A stretch of 64,000 bases of DNA from the human T2T-CHM13v2.0 reference genome, Homo sapiens, in assembly GCF_009914755.1 (NCBI RefSeq), contig NC_060930.1. The stretch is one strand, 5' to 3'. Shown piece after piece: positions 1 through 22,987 of this stretch; the first letter of the stretch is position 1, and each line of letters opens with the position of its first letter. The translations under genes were made by a program, and so were the position numbers. The notes under the pieces were generated by a model. That model ran no database searches. It worked only from the letters and a program-made list of their open reading frames with translations, and was not told the DNA's origin.

Positions 1-1300
<1,300 letters not shown>

Positions 1301-1693
1301 TAGGTTCAGAGGAGGTACTTTGGTTTTTGTTTTTATAATCTTCCCAAGAAGATTTTGAGACAGGATCTTACTCTGTCACCTAAGCTTGAGTGCAGAGGTG
1401 TGATCACGGCTCCCTGTAGGCTCCACCTCCTGGGCTCAAGTGATCCTCCTACCTCAGCCTCCCTGGTAGCTGAGACCACAGGCATGTGCCACCACGCCCT
1501 GCTAATTTAAAAACATTTTTGTTAGAGACAGGGCCTCCCTGTGACGCCCAGGCTGGGCTCAAGCAGTCCTCCTGCCTTGACCTTCCAAAGTATTGATATG
1601 ATAGGTGTGAACCACTGTGCCTGGCCCCAAGAAGATTAAAAAAAAGTATGATGACACATTTTTTCCCCCTTATATCTGGCATTTATTTCCTGA

Positions 1694-2634
<941 letters not shown>

Positions 2635-2636
2635 TA

Positions 2637-3284
<648 letters not shown>

Positions 3285-3586
3285 CCATGTGAGGGCTTAC
3301 ACTCTCTGTCTCTCCCATCTGCCATCCTGTCTTTGGATGGGAAAGGAACACCTTTTGGATAGAGTATCTAGTTCAAAAGCCTCTAGCTGTTTTTCTTAGT
3401 TTCTTCTTCTCTCAAATGAAGATAATAATAGAAACATTTTCATAGGGGGGGTTGTAAGAATTAGATAATTAAATAAGATAATACCTGTAAATTACAGTAC
3501 TGTACCTGGTGGGTACTGTACTGTAATTATTACATTTCAATATATGTTAGCCATTAGCATTTTTTTTTTTTTGAGACGGAGTTTAA

Positions 3587-3679
<93 letters not shown>

Positions 3680-3872
3680 TGAATTGCTGGGATTACAGGA
3701 GCCTGCCACCATGCCCAGCTAATTTTTGTTATTTTTAATAGAGACGGGGTTTCAGCATGTTGGCCAGGCTGGTCTTGAACTCCTGACCTCAGATGATCCA
3801 CCCCCGCTTGGCCTCTCAAAGTGCTGGGATTACAGGCGTGAGCCACCGCGCTTGGCCGCCATTACCATTTTT

Positions 3873-5761
3873 ATTTTATTTTGTTTTATTTATTTATTTA
3901 TTTATTTATTTATTTTTTATTGATCATTCTTGGGTGTTTCTCACAGAGGGGGATTTGGCAGGGTCATAGGACAATAGTGGAGGGAAGGTCAGCAGATAAA
4001 CAAGTGAACAAAGGTCTCTGGTTTTCCTAGGCAGAGTACCCTGCGGCCTTCCGCAGTGTTTGTGTCCCTGGGTACTTGAGATTAGGGAGTGGTGACGACT
4101 CTTAACGAGCATGCTGCCTTCAAGCATCTGTTTAACAAAGCACATCTTGCACCGCCCTTAATCCATTTAACCCTGAGTGGACACAGCACATGTTTCAGAG
4201 AGCACAGGGTTGGGGGTAAGGTCACAGATCAACAGGATCCCAAGGCAGAAGAATTTTTCTTAGTATAGAACAAAATGAAAAGTCTCCCATGTCTACTTCT
4301 TTCTACACAGACACGGCAACCATCCGATTTCTCAATCTTTTCCCCACCTTTCCCCCCTTTCTATTCCACAAAACCGCCATTGTCATCATGGCCCGTTCTC
4401 AATGAGCTGTTGGGCATACCTCCCAGACGGGGTGGTGGCCGGGCAGAGGGGCTCCTCACTTCCCAGTAGGGGCGGCTGGGCAGAGGCGACCCTCACCTCC
4501 CGGATGGGGCAGCTGGCCGGGCGGGGGGCTGACCCCCCCACCTCCCTCCCGGACGGGGCGGCTGGCCGGGCGGGGGGCTGACCCCCCCACCTCCCTCCCG
4601 GATGGGGCGGCTGGCCGGCCGGGGGGCTGACCCCCCCACCTCCCTCCCGGACGGGGCGGCTGGCCGGGCAGAGGGGCTCCTCACTTCCCAGTAGGGGCGG
4701 CCGGGCAGAGGCGCCCCTCACCTCCCGGATGGGGCAGCTGGCCGGGCGGGGGGCTGACTCCCCCACCTCCCTCCCAGACCGGGCGGCTGGCTGGGCGGGG
4801 GGCTGACCCCCCCACCTCCCTCCTGGACGGGGCGGCTGGCCGGGCGGGGGGCTGACCCCCCCACCTCCCTCCCGGAGGGGGTGGCTGCCGGGCGGAGATG
4901 CTCCTCACTTCCCAGACGGGGTGGCTGCTGGGCGGAGGGGCTCCTCACTTCTCAGACGGGGCGGTTGCCAGGCAGAGGGTCTCCTCACTTCTCAGACGGG
5001 GTGGCTGGGCAGAGACGCTCCTCACCTCCCAGACGGGGTCGCGGCCGGGCAGAGGTGCTCCTCACATCCCAGACGGGGCGGCGGGGCAGAGGCGCTCCCC
5101 ACATCTCAGACGATGGGCGGCCGGGCAGAGACGCTCCTCACTTCCCAGATGGGATGGCTGCCAGGAAGAGGCGCTCCTCACTTCCTAGATGGGATAGCGG
5201 CCGGACGGAGACGCTCCTCACTTCCCAGACTGGGTAGCCAGGCAGAGGGGCTCCTCACTTCCCAGACGATGGGCGGCCAGGCAGAGACGCTCCTCACTTC
5301 CCAGACGGGGTGGCGGCCGGGCAGAGGATGCAATCTCGGCACTTTGGGAGGCCAAGGCAGGCGGCTGGGAGGTGGAGGTTGTAGCGAGCCGAGATCACGC
5401 CACCGCACTCCAGCCGGGGCACCATTGAGCACTGAGTGAACGAGACTCCGTCTGCAATCCCGGCACCTCGGGAGGCCCAGGCTGGCGGATCCCTCGCGGT
5501 TAGGAGCTGGAGACCGGCCAGGCCAACACAGCGAAACCCCGTCTCCACCAAAAAAAATACGAAAACCAGTCAGGCGTGGCAGCGCGTGCCTGCAATCGCA
5601 GGCACTGGGCAGGCTGAGGCAGGAGAATCAGGCAGGGAGGTTGCAGTGAGCCGAGATGGCAGCAGTACAGTCCAGCTTCGGCTCGGCATGAGAGGGAGAC
5701 CGTGGAAACAGAGGGAGAGGGAGACCGTGGGGAGACGGGAGAGGGAGAGGGAGAGGGAGAG
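3873..5761 (-). mobile_element. Full-length SVA retrotransposon (probably SVA_D-like)
   Basis: Minus strand: (CCCTCT)n hexamer ~5690-5761, antisense Alu-like region ~5330-5690, GC-rich VNTR ~4420-5330, SINE-R ~3920-4420 ending ...cccaagaatgatcaataaa, (TAAA)n-type A tail 3873-3915. Confidence 0.97.
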
Positions 5762-6000
5762 CTGGATTTCAAAGCTTCATCCATGCTGAGCTGCAAGGGG
5801 AATGGACAGAACTGGAAACTGGGGCAGACTGGAGTTGCCAGCCTAGGCTGGGCTGTGAGCTCCATGGAGCAGATGCCGGGCCATCCTGCCCCGGCTCTAA
5901 GCCCAGCCCCAGGCCAGGGCCGGCACCTGGTAGGCTCTTCATGAGTGCTTCCTGAATGAATGCTGCAGAATGAAAATCCACCCAGAGGAGGCCAGGCCTG
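5762..6000 (-). other. Putative 5' transduction carried by the SVA
   Basis: TSD ccattttt at 3865-3872 recurs at 6001-6008 rather than next to the hexamer; intervening 239 bp about 60% GC vs about 27% in 6001-6120. Confidence 0.75.
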
Positions 6001-6346
6001 CCATTTTTTTAGAGTTAAATTTGCTTTGCAAAATGAGCTTACCTATCTTAGGAACAACCCATTTGATTTTAATTATATCTCTTTTAGGATACATATCATT
6101 TTCTGTATGGAATTTTATAGTTAGTAGTTGATTATTTAATGTTTTAGTTTCCTTTTATAACTGTAGGTTTCCTAGGAGCTGGAACAAAGTCTTATTTATT
6201 TTTTGCAACCTGAGCAGATCCCAGTTCTCGTCCTTTCACTGTGTTCATTGTGTTTCACAGTGCCTCATCATATTGGCCTTAGTGAAATTTTCAAGTATGT
6301 AGGAATATATGGGGAATAAAAAGTAAATGGAGGGGCAGATATTTAA

Positions 6347-7508
<1,162 letters not shown>

Positions 7509-7604
7509 GTTATCCCTTTTAAAAACTTTTCAATAGTAGCTTATTGCTTAGATATTCACATTTTTGATTGTGCATCCCATCACTAAAAATTTTGAATATG
7601 CACT

Positions 7605-8558
<954 letters not shown>

Positions 8559-8639
8559 TATCCAATATGTATATATTTCTCTATAAAGTACACAGACACT
8601 ATAAACACTCAACAAACACTTAAAAAGCATGAATTGCAG

Positions 8640-9685
8640 ACTATTTATAAGCAGAATATATAAGGAACTCAAACAACTCAATGGCAAACCCCACAAATAA
8701 TCCAATTTAAAAATAGGCAAAAGACCTGAATAGACATTTCTCAAAAGAACACATACAAGTGACCAACAGGTATATTACAACATGCTCAGTATCACTACTT
8801 GTTAGGGAAATGCATACCAAAACCGCAATGAGATATCATCTCACCCTACTTAGAATGGCTATTACAAAAATACAAAAAAATGACAAATTCTGGTGATGAT
8901 GCAGGGAGAGGAATGCTTGTACACTGTTGTTGGGATGTAAAGTAGTACAGTCATTATGGAAAACAGTATGTAAGTTCCTCAAAAAACTAAAAATAGAACT
9001 ATCATATGATCTGGCAGTCCCACTGCTAGGTATATATCTAAAAGAGAGGAAATCAGTATATTGGGGAGATACCTCCACTCCCATATTTATCGTAGCTCAG
9101 CTCTAGTCTCAGTAGCCAAGATATGAAATCAACCTGTGTCCATCAAGAGATGAATGGATAAAGAAAATGTGGTATGTATATATGATGGAATATTATTCAG
9201 CCATAGAGAAGAATAAAGTCCTGTCATTTGCAACAACATGGATGGTACTGAAGGTCATTATGTTAAGTGAAATAAGCCAGGCACAGAAAGACAAATTCAT
9301 AAGTTCTTACTCATGTATGGGAGCTAAAAAAGTGGATCTCATGGAAGGCAGAGAATTGAATAGTAGTTACCAGAGGTTGGGAAGGGTAGGGAGAAGGGGG
9401 GATGAAGAGAAGTTGGTTAATGGGTACAAAAATACACTTAGATAGAAGCAATAAATTCTAGTATTCAATAGTATAGGAAGGAGACTAGAGTTAACAAAAA
9501 TGTATTATGTATTTCACAATAGCTGGAAGAGAATCGGAATGATCCCCACACAAAGAAGAGATAAATGTTTGAGGTGATGGATATTCCCATTACAGTGATT
9601 TGATCATTACACATTGTATACAGGTATCAGAATATCATATGTACCCCCCAAAATAAGTATAACCATTAAATAGTAACAAAAAAGC
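8640..9685 (+). mobile_element. L1MA-type 3' end (ORF2 tail and 3' UTR)
   Basis: ORF2-like MWYVYMMEYYSAIEKNKVLSFATTWM; gatcattacacattgtatac; A-rich end. Confidence 0.85.
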
Positions 9686-11069
9686 TCATCTAAAGAATTA
9701 AAAAGGATGAGAAAAAATATAAATGCTCTGATTTTTTTCTGGATCATTTGCACATGCTCTCGGGTGAGTGCACCCCACTTTGGAGATCACTGTCTAGAGG
9801 ACAAAATCAGAATTCTTTGGTATAGATCACAAGGCCTTTACAAACTGGCCCCAGCTGACATTTCCAGTCCCATCTTCCACAACTGTGGCCACCTGCTCTG
9901 TGCTGCACACGTTGTTCTATTCATTGAACTTCATAGATACCATGTTTTCCTTGTGTCGTTTCCTCCACCTGTTTGCTTCTTTTGTGTATGGTAAGTTCTT
10001 ATTTGTCCTTTGAGGCTAAAAGATAACCTTTTATTTAATGATTCCTTTATAATCTCTCCCTTACTCTGTGCTCTTATGTATATTGTACACACCTTTGTTA
10101 TAGCATACTGTGTTAAAGTTATCTAAGGCAGTTGAATGGTATGTGAGTCATTCCTTGAGAGCAGGAACCTTGACTTATTTTTCATTTCCTGCTTTAAGCA
10201 GAGATGAGTATTTATGGAGCCCCATATTATCTGTAAGGCACTGTCCTGGTTGCTATGGGGGATATACACTATTAGTGGAGCAGATAGATATACAAGATGT
10301 ATAAGCATGGTTTCTGCTTTCAAGGAGCTTATGAGTGAAAGGCACCTTGAAGGAAATATTTCTTAAAACTGTGCAAGGGAAATATAAAGTATTTTCCTAA
10401 CAGTTATGGAAGTCAGAGGACATATTTTTATATCTATTTTCTATTAAGCAAGTGGCATATGATTAATGTATTCCAGAAGAAGAGTGATTAATATTTTTAG
10501 CAAAGGGTTTCAATAATGGAATCTGGACATACTTTCCCATATCCTATTTCCTCTAGGCAGCTGTACTGTCAGATGTCCTCAGATAGTGTTCAAAATAGGA
10601 GAGGCATATGTGCATGGTTTTCTGCTTATCTTATGGCATGCACTCATTGTTTTTATAGCAGAATTTGGATTTCCTCAGTGCTTTTCAACTTAACAATTGG
10701 GTAGTTCTTGTGACATACCCACAGAGACATGAGTATTATTATAACCATTTTAAAGAGGAAAACTAAGAGATGGCAACCGAATGAAGTGATTTGTCCGAGG
10801 TTAGTGACAGCCACTATTACAATTCAGATTTATTGCCTTTCATAGTATTCAAATTCTAAGTGGTGCTTCTTCATAACTGTCTTAATTTTGTACATGTTGT
10901 ATGTTATTTTTGCATCTTAAAACTTGGAACACAATTTCACTTAGTCTTGGAAGTCATTTCAATGATAAGTATATAATATGTGTTCAATTGCTGATTACAA
11001 ATTATGTGGCATTTTCTTTGTCAATTTCAGTTACTTGCTTTAGGGGAGCTGAAAACATAGCCACTGTAA

Positions 11070-11071
<2 letters not shown>

Positions 11072-11105
<34 letters not shown>

Positions 11106-11106
11106 A
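11072..11106. repeat. (CA)n microsatellite
   Basis: Direct reading. Confidence 0.97.
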
Positions 11107-11178
11107 TTAGTAATGTTACATCTGTGAAAAGCTTGGAAGAGAGCAATCTTTCAAATTTAAACACATTGAAAAATATAA

Positions 11179-11497
<319 letters not shown>

Positions 11498-11889
11498 AGT
11501 TTTATCTTTTTGACTCCAGAGAATTTAAAATAAATCAAATTTTGCAGGTATTGTAAAATATTAGTGGATCAGATAGAAAATCAGCTGGTAGAATCACACA
11601 AGAAACAGAATGACCTTTAGACATGAGCTAAAAGTGCATGCAAAGCAAGTAAAAATTGCAAGACTCAGGCAGATTAAAAGATTAAGGTTAAAATCTATTC
11701 TTTTAAGTAATATGTGAAGCCAAAGAGGGCTGTCGAGTCAGCCTTTCCTGTGAATCCTTTTTGGTCTGAAGTCTTTTCACACATCATATATTCATATTTT
11801 CTGACCAAGGAAATATACAGGGGCTCAGAAACGAATTGCTGTTGTTTTATAACAGGGAAAAATCTCAAAATCAATGGAATTAAAAAACT

Positions 11890-13157
11890 GCTATATTGAA
11901 GTATAACTGATATATGAAAATTGCACTATTTAATGTAGACAATTTGATGAGTCTAGACATATACCCACATCTCTGAAACCATCACCACAATTGAGGTAGT
12001 AGACACATACAGCACCTTCAAAAGTTTCCATATGCCTCTTTGGTTTCTTCTTCTTGTGAGAACACCTAACATGAGATCCACCCTCTTAACTTTTTAAGTG
12101 CACAGTACAGTGTTACTAACTATAGGCATTGTGTTGTACAGCAGATCTCTAGAACTTATTCACATTGCATAACTGAAGTTTTGTAGATATTAAACAAAAA
12201 CTCCCTATTTTCTCCCCCTCTAACCCCTGGCAAGTTCATTCTATTTTTTTGCTTCTATGTGTTTGACTATTTTAAATACCTCATACAAGTGGAATCATGC
12301 AGTATTTGAACTTCTGTGTCTGGCTTATTTCGCTAAACATAATGTCTTCCAGGTTCACTTCATGTTGTCACAAATGACAGTATTGCCGTCTTTTTAAAAG
12401 CTGAATAATATTCCATAGTATGAATATACCAGATTTTCTTTACCCATTCATCCATAGATGAAAATTTGAGTTGTTTCCATGTCTTGGCTATTGTGAGTAA
12501 TGCTACAATGAATATGAGAGTGCAGATATCTCTTCCAGATACTGATTTCAATTCTTTTGGATATACACCCAGAAATGGGGTTGCTGGATCATATGGTAGT
12601 TCTATTTTTAATTTTGTGAGGAGCCTCTGTACTGTTTTCCATAGTGGCTGCATGATTTTACATTACTACCCTAAGCATACAAGGGTTCCCTTTTCTCCAC
12701 ATCCTTGCCAACACTTGTTATCTTTTATTTCTTTGATAATAGCCACCCTAACAGGTGTCAGATAATATCTCGTGGTTTTGATTTGCATTTCTCTGATGAT
12801 TAGTGATGTTGAGCATGTTTTCAAATATCTGCTGGCCATTTATATGTCTTCTTTTGAGAAATGTCTATTCAAGTCCCTTGCCTATTTTTTAATATGATTA
12901 TTTAGTTTTTTTTTGCTACTTATATATTTTTGGTATTAACCTTTTATCAAATGTATAGTTTGCAAATATTTTTTCCCATTTAGTAAGTTGTCCTTTCTCT
13001 CTATTGTTTCCTTTGCTATGTAGAATCTTTTTAGTTTGATGTAGTCCTACTTGTCTAGTTTTGCTTTTGGCTTTTTTGTCTGTGCATTTGGTGTCATATT
13101 CAAGAAATAATTGCCAACACTCTGTATTTCTATGTTTTTTTCTAGGAGTTTTACAGT
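11890..13157 (-). mobile_element. L1MA/MB-type 3' fragment
   Basis: ORF 12360..12653 (QPLWKTV...[10 protein letters not shown]...) and L1M 3' UTR (gtacagcagatctctagaacttattc). Confidence 0.85.
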
Positions 13158-14139
13158 CCTGTTTTTTTTTTTTTTTTTAGTGCACTGCCCTAAGGAAATG
13201 GGATGGGTGGTTCATGGCAGTCTGATGACTCTGCGAGGTTGGGAGAATGTACACAACCCTGAAATTACTCCTCCAGGAAAAGGGAGGAATGAATGTGCAC
13301 ATCATAAGAAACTATTTATTTACTTATTTATTTATTTATCCTTTAAGCACTGAGTATCATTCAGGACATAGAAAACATTTGAGAGGCTCCTAGGATCTCT
13401 AGCCTGGCCTATTGGTAAAGGTCTTTCTCCACTGAAGCCAGTCCATGAATCAATGGATTTTGATATTTCATGTTAAAACATCATCGCAACCTGCCAATTA
13501 ATACAATTATAGCTCTTTTTCTGATAAATATATTCTTCGAGTTTTATATAAATTCAATCATATTTAAGATGACACAGTAGAGTTTATGATGTATAGAGAA
13601 GCTGTGATTAATTCTTTTGAAAAGAAATAGCTGGATTTTCATTTTTTAGGTGTTCTTTTAATAGGGCACATTTATACTGGTTTTTCCATTCAGTAATTTC
13701 AGTAAAATGAGAAATGTAGTCATGCTTTGTTTATCTTTATTTTTTTTTAATGAAAAGATTTAATACTTCACTGGCAAGTATCTAGAGCAGAGCAATAGTT
13801 TATCCATTCAATTCCTCATGAATAAAAATTGTAACCTTGTAAGTCAGTAGTTATAATGCAATGAATCAGAATATTTAAGTTCAATCCTATTAAAAAAATT
13901 CCATCAGAATTGGTTATATCAGTTGGTGAAATGACTCCAATCCCTACTGACAGGCCTCTTTGTGGAAATAAACAAACACAAAGACCCCAAAGAACAAATA
14001 CCCAACAACAGAAAACCAAAACTTAATCTACAGAATGTGATTGATTGATCTACTCCCTAAACCCCAAATAAAAGCCAACAGCAATAAGTAGATAATTAAG
14101 CATGCTGTGTGGTGACATCCTTACATATAAAGGAAAGCA

Positions 14140-17125
<2,986 letters not shown>

Positions 17126-17577
17126 TGGGGTGACAGTTTTTGTATAATTTGATTTTATGTTAACTGATGGGATAAAAAAAATGTCTGGCCAATAAAGAGT
17201 TAAAGCTAGTCAAGGTCTACTAAGCAGTGCCTATTTCTTTTTTTCTTTCCTTTTCTTTTTCTTTTTTCTTTTTTTTTTTGAGATAGAGTCTCTGTCTGTC
17301 TCCTAGGCTGGAGTGCAATGGCATGATCTCCGCACACTGCAGCCTCCTGCGGGGTTTCCCCACGTTGGCCAGGCTGGTCTCAAACTTCTGACCTCAAATG
17401 ATCTACCCACCTCGACCTCCCAAAGTGCTGGGATTACAGACGTGAGCCACTTGAGGTCAGGAGACTAGCCTGGTGAACATGGTGAAACCCCGTCTCTGCT
17501 AAAAATACAAAAAATTAGGCCGGGTGGCACGGTGGTGGCTCATGCCAGCACTTTGGGAGGCCGAGGCAGATGGATCA

Positions 17578-17919
<342 letters not shown>

Positions 17920-17982
17920 CTACAGTGAGCCGAGATTGCATCACTGCACTCCAGCCTGGGTGACAAAGTGAGACTCTATTTC

Positions 17983-17985
17983 AAA

Positions 17986-18028
<43 letters not shown>
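17983..18028. repeat. (AAAT)n microsatellite (Alu tail)
   Basis: Direct reading. Confidence 0.97.
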
Positions 18029-18206
18029 AACAAAAACTAGCCAGGCACAGTAGTGCTCACCTGTAATCCCAGCTACTCAGGAGGCTGAGGTGGGAGAATC
18101 ACTTAAACCTTGAAGGCCAAGGTTGCAGTGAGCCAAGATGATGTCACTGCACGCCAACCTGGGCAACAGAGTGAGACCCTGTCTCAAGAAAAAAATAAAA
18201 GAATTA

Positions 18207-18553
<347 letters not shown>

Positions 18554-18591
18554 TCATAGTTTTATCAATAGCTGTATTACCATTGTCACAC

Positions 18592-19201
<610 letters not shown>

Positions 19202-19646
19202 TGATCTGTCTGCCTCAGTGTCCCAAAATGCAGGGATTACAGGCTACAGGGGTGAGCCACAGAGCCTGGCCAGAAATATCTTTTATATATATATATATAT
19301 ATAAAATATGTGTATATATATAATATGTATATATATATACACACACACACACAATTTATATATATATATATATATATCAAATTTTTAAATTTTAAATATA
19401 TAAAGATGGGGTCTCGCTATATTGATCAGGCTGGTTTTGAGTTCCTGGCCTCAAGCGATCCTCCTATCTCGGCTTGCCAAAGTGTTGGGATTACAGGTGC
19501 AAGCCACTGCTGCTGGCTTGTAACAGAAATATCTGTTCTCTTTCCCTTGATTTTACCCAGTAATCATTAACTCTGAGACACGAGAGAAGGATGAGGCTAT
19601 ATGGGGTTCCTGTGTTATCTCCAATAATATGTTGCATCAACTTCCT

Positions 19647-19665
19647 TGACCACTAGGTGGCAGGC
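19647..19665 (+). promoter_or_regulatory. Candidate CTCF binding site
   Basis: tgaccactaggtggcaggc closely matches the CTCF core (CCAC/GYAGRKGGCR) in apparently unique DNA; tgca 14 bp upstream resembles the upstream module. Confidence 0.65.
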
Positions 19666-21059
19666 TGGTGCAGAATGGCAGCTGCTAGGGAAACTGGACA
19701 GTGTTCTGACTGACTTCTATGGACACCAGCATGATGATGACCAGCTGCAGCAGGCTTTTCCTGTATTCAGAATGTAAAATGTAGATGAACTCAAGTGTCT
19801 GTCACCTTATGGACCTTCAGCCCCAATGACTATTCTTCATTTCTGCTTTAGACCTTCATACACAAAAAACTAAGTGTCTTATTGAGGAAAATTATTATCT
19901 TACTGTTATTCCAGGTGTCCTTAGAGAGACATCTGGAATGTACAGGGGTCACAGTCTAAAATTTTGAGTCACTTCTGAAAACCCATATAAACATGTAACG
20001 AAGATTAAAAAACAAAACAAAACAAACAAAACACCATAGAACCCAGAAGTGGTGATGGGAATTGTAAAGAAAGTATTAACTACGGTCCCTGGAGAGACAC
20101 TGCAGCCCAATAGAATTATCTCCACTTTTCACTGTTTATGAGAAGTCAAAGGTTTCAGGCTGAATTGGCTTTCAGGGATCCTTCCCTGGTAAGGATCCAG
20201 ATCTTTTATCTTTTACTTTACTCTTTTCTCCTTTGTAATGTTATTACTTCCAGTATTGGGAGGGGAAGGCCAGTATCTTAACCAAAATAAAGAAACTTTT
20301 GCTCTCAAGCTTTTTATATTGAACAAATTCTATTTTGGAGACTGACAAATTGATCTGCCATAAATGACCTCCATGGGAGTGACGTTGTTGTCTGGTTGAG
20401 CTACTGCCTCTGGTTCTTGAATCTTCCCAGACTCTCTCCTTCCCTCTCTCCTTCCACCCCAGCTCTTGTCTTTCATGGCCTGACTTCTGGTTCCAGTGCT
20501 AGCCTGTCCCCCTGAGGTGAGCTATTTTATATCCTTGCTCAGTATTCCAAGGTTGCCTTGTTAGTCCTGTTGCTGTGTTATTGATGAGGCTCTACGGCTG
20601 GCACCTGAACTTCTTACTTATACTACACTTCTATTTTGAGACTCTTAGTGCTATTCACACTCAAGGCAATTCACTTTTACTTTTTTTTCATTTCCCTGTG
20701 GTTTCTTTATGGAAACAAATTAATAGAAAATTCAAGAGGACCATGTGTGGTGGCTCATGCCTGTAATCCTAGCGCTTTGAGAAGCCGAGGCAGGCAGATT
20801 GCTTGAGCTCAGGAGTTTGAGACCAGCCCGGGCAATATGGTGAAACCCTGTCTCTACTAAAAATACAAAAAATTAGCCAGGCATGGTGGCTCATGCCTTT
20901 AGTCCCAGCTACTTGGGAGGCTAAGGTGGGAGGATGGCTTAAGCCCAGGAGTTTGAAGCTATAGTGAGCCGTGATTGTGCCACTGCACTCCAGCCTGGGT
21001 GACAAAGCAAGACCCTGTCTCAAAAAAAAAAAAAAAAAAAAGAAAAAGAAAGGAAGAAA

Positions 21060-21630
21060 ATTCAAAAGACTTTACAGACATACTTTTAGAACTTATAAGA
21101 TTTCAATAGGGTTGTTGAATACAAGCCCAACATGCAAAAAATCTTGTATATCACCAATAACCCATCAGGTAATGAAATAAAATAAAATACACCATTTACA
21201 AGAACATTAGGCATATAAATCTGACATAGGGTACGTAGACATTTATGGAGTAAAGTACAAAATATTATTGTAGTACACAAAAACATAAATATGGAACTAT
21301 ACCATGCTCATTCAATTTCATAAAGGTGTTGATTCTAAGTTAATCTACAAGTTAAATGGAAACATGATGGCAATAAAAATGCTGCCACACTTTTTCCTCT
21401 GAAACTAGACAGACTAAAATTCAAATGGAGGAGTAACAGTCTAAGAACAGTCAAAAACAATTCTGAAAAAGAACTAAGGGAGGAGCTTTGCCTATTAGAT
21501 ATCAAAACCTAACACAAAATTATATTAATTAAAGCATGAGGTGTTTGGCCCAGTGATACACGAACAGATCAATGGAAGAGAAATGAGAACTCGGAAATAG
21601 ACGGAAGGATACACAGCAAATTGATATACA
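21060..21630 (+). mobile_element. Degenerate old L1M ORF2 fragment
   Basis: aacagatcaatggaagagaa...gaaatagac; A-rich ORF2-like composition. Confidence 0.55.
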
Positions 21631-21864
21631 TGTAGTACATTAGTTATCTCTTTCTGTGAGTGATAGAAAACTCAAAGTCGCAATGGCTTAAACAAGATAG
21701 ATTTTTATTTCTCTCACAAGAAGTCCAGAGGAGGGTGGGGGAGTGGTGGCTATGCCTGTAATCCCAGCACTTTGGGAGGCCGAGGCGGGCAGATCACTTG
21801 AGCTCAGGAGTTTGAGACCAATCTGGGCAACATGGTGAAATTACAAAATTAGCTGGGTGTACTA

Positions 21865-22207
<343 letters not shown>

Positions 22208-22735
22208 TAAAAAAAAAAAAGAAAAAGAAAAAGAAAAAAGAAGTCCGGAGGAGTCAGGTGTGATGTCTTACACCTGTAATCCCAACGCTTTGGGATTTGG
22301 GAGGCTGAGGTACAATTGCTTCAGCTCAGTAGTTCAAGACCAGCCTGGGTAACACAGTGAGACCTTGTCTCTACTAAAAATAAAAAAAGTTATCCAGGTG
22401 TGGTGGCATGTAGTCCCTGTGGGGAGGCTGAGGTGGGAGGATCACTTGAGCCCAGGAGTTCGAGGCTGCAGCGAACTATGATCCAGGCATTACACTCCAG
22501 CCTGAGTGACAGAGCAAGACACTTCAAAAAGAAAAAACAAAACAAAAAAAAAAGAATTCCAGAGGAGTCAGGGACTTAGACTTCTATTACTGGGCATGGC
22601 CTCTTTTTCTTTTTTTTTTTTTTTTTGAGCTGGAGTTTCACTCTTGTTGCCCAGGCTGGAATGCAATGGTGCAATCTTGACTCACTCCAACCTCTACCTC
22701 CCAGTTCAAACGATTCTCCTGCCTCAGCCTCTTGA

Positions 22736-22987
<252 letters not shown>

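Noticed and set aside
4275-5865. Many overlapping GC-rich ORFs and a repeat-spacer-like array
   Set aside because: SVA VNTR and Alu-like region; units are tandem without unique spacers, so not CRISPR-like, and ORFs reflect GC richness.
13158-13460. T17 tract followed by unique-looking sequence, possible antisense retrocopy
   Set aside because: No poly(A) signal at the right distance, no TSD found, no recognisable ORF; part resembles old L1 5' sequence.
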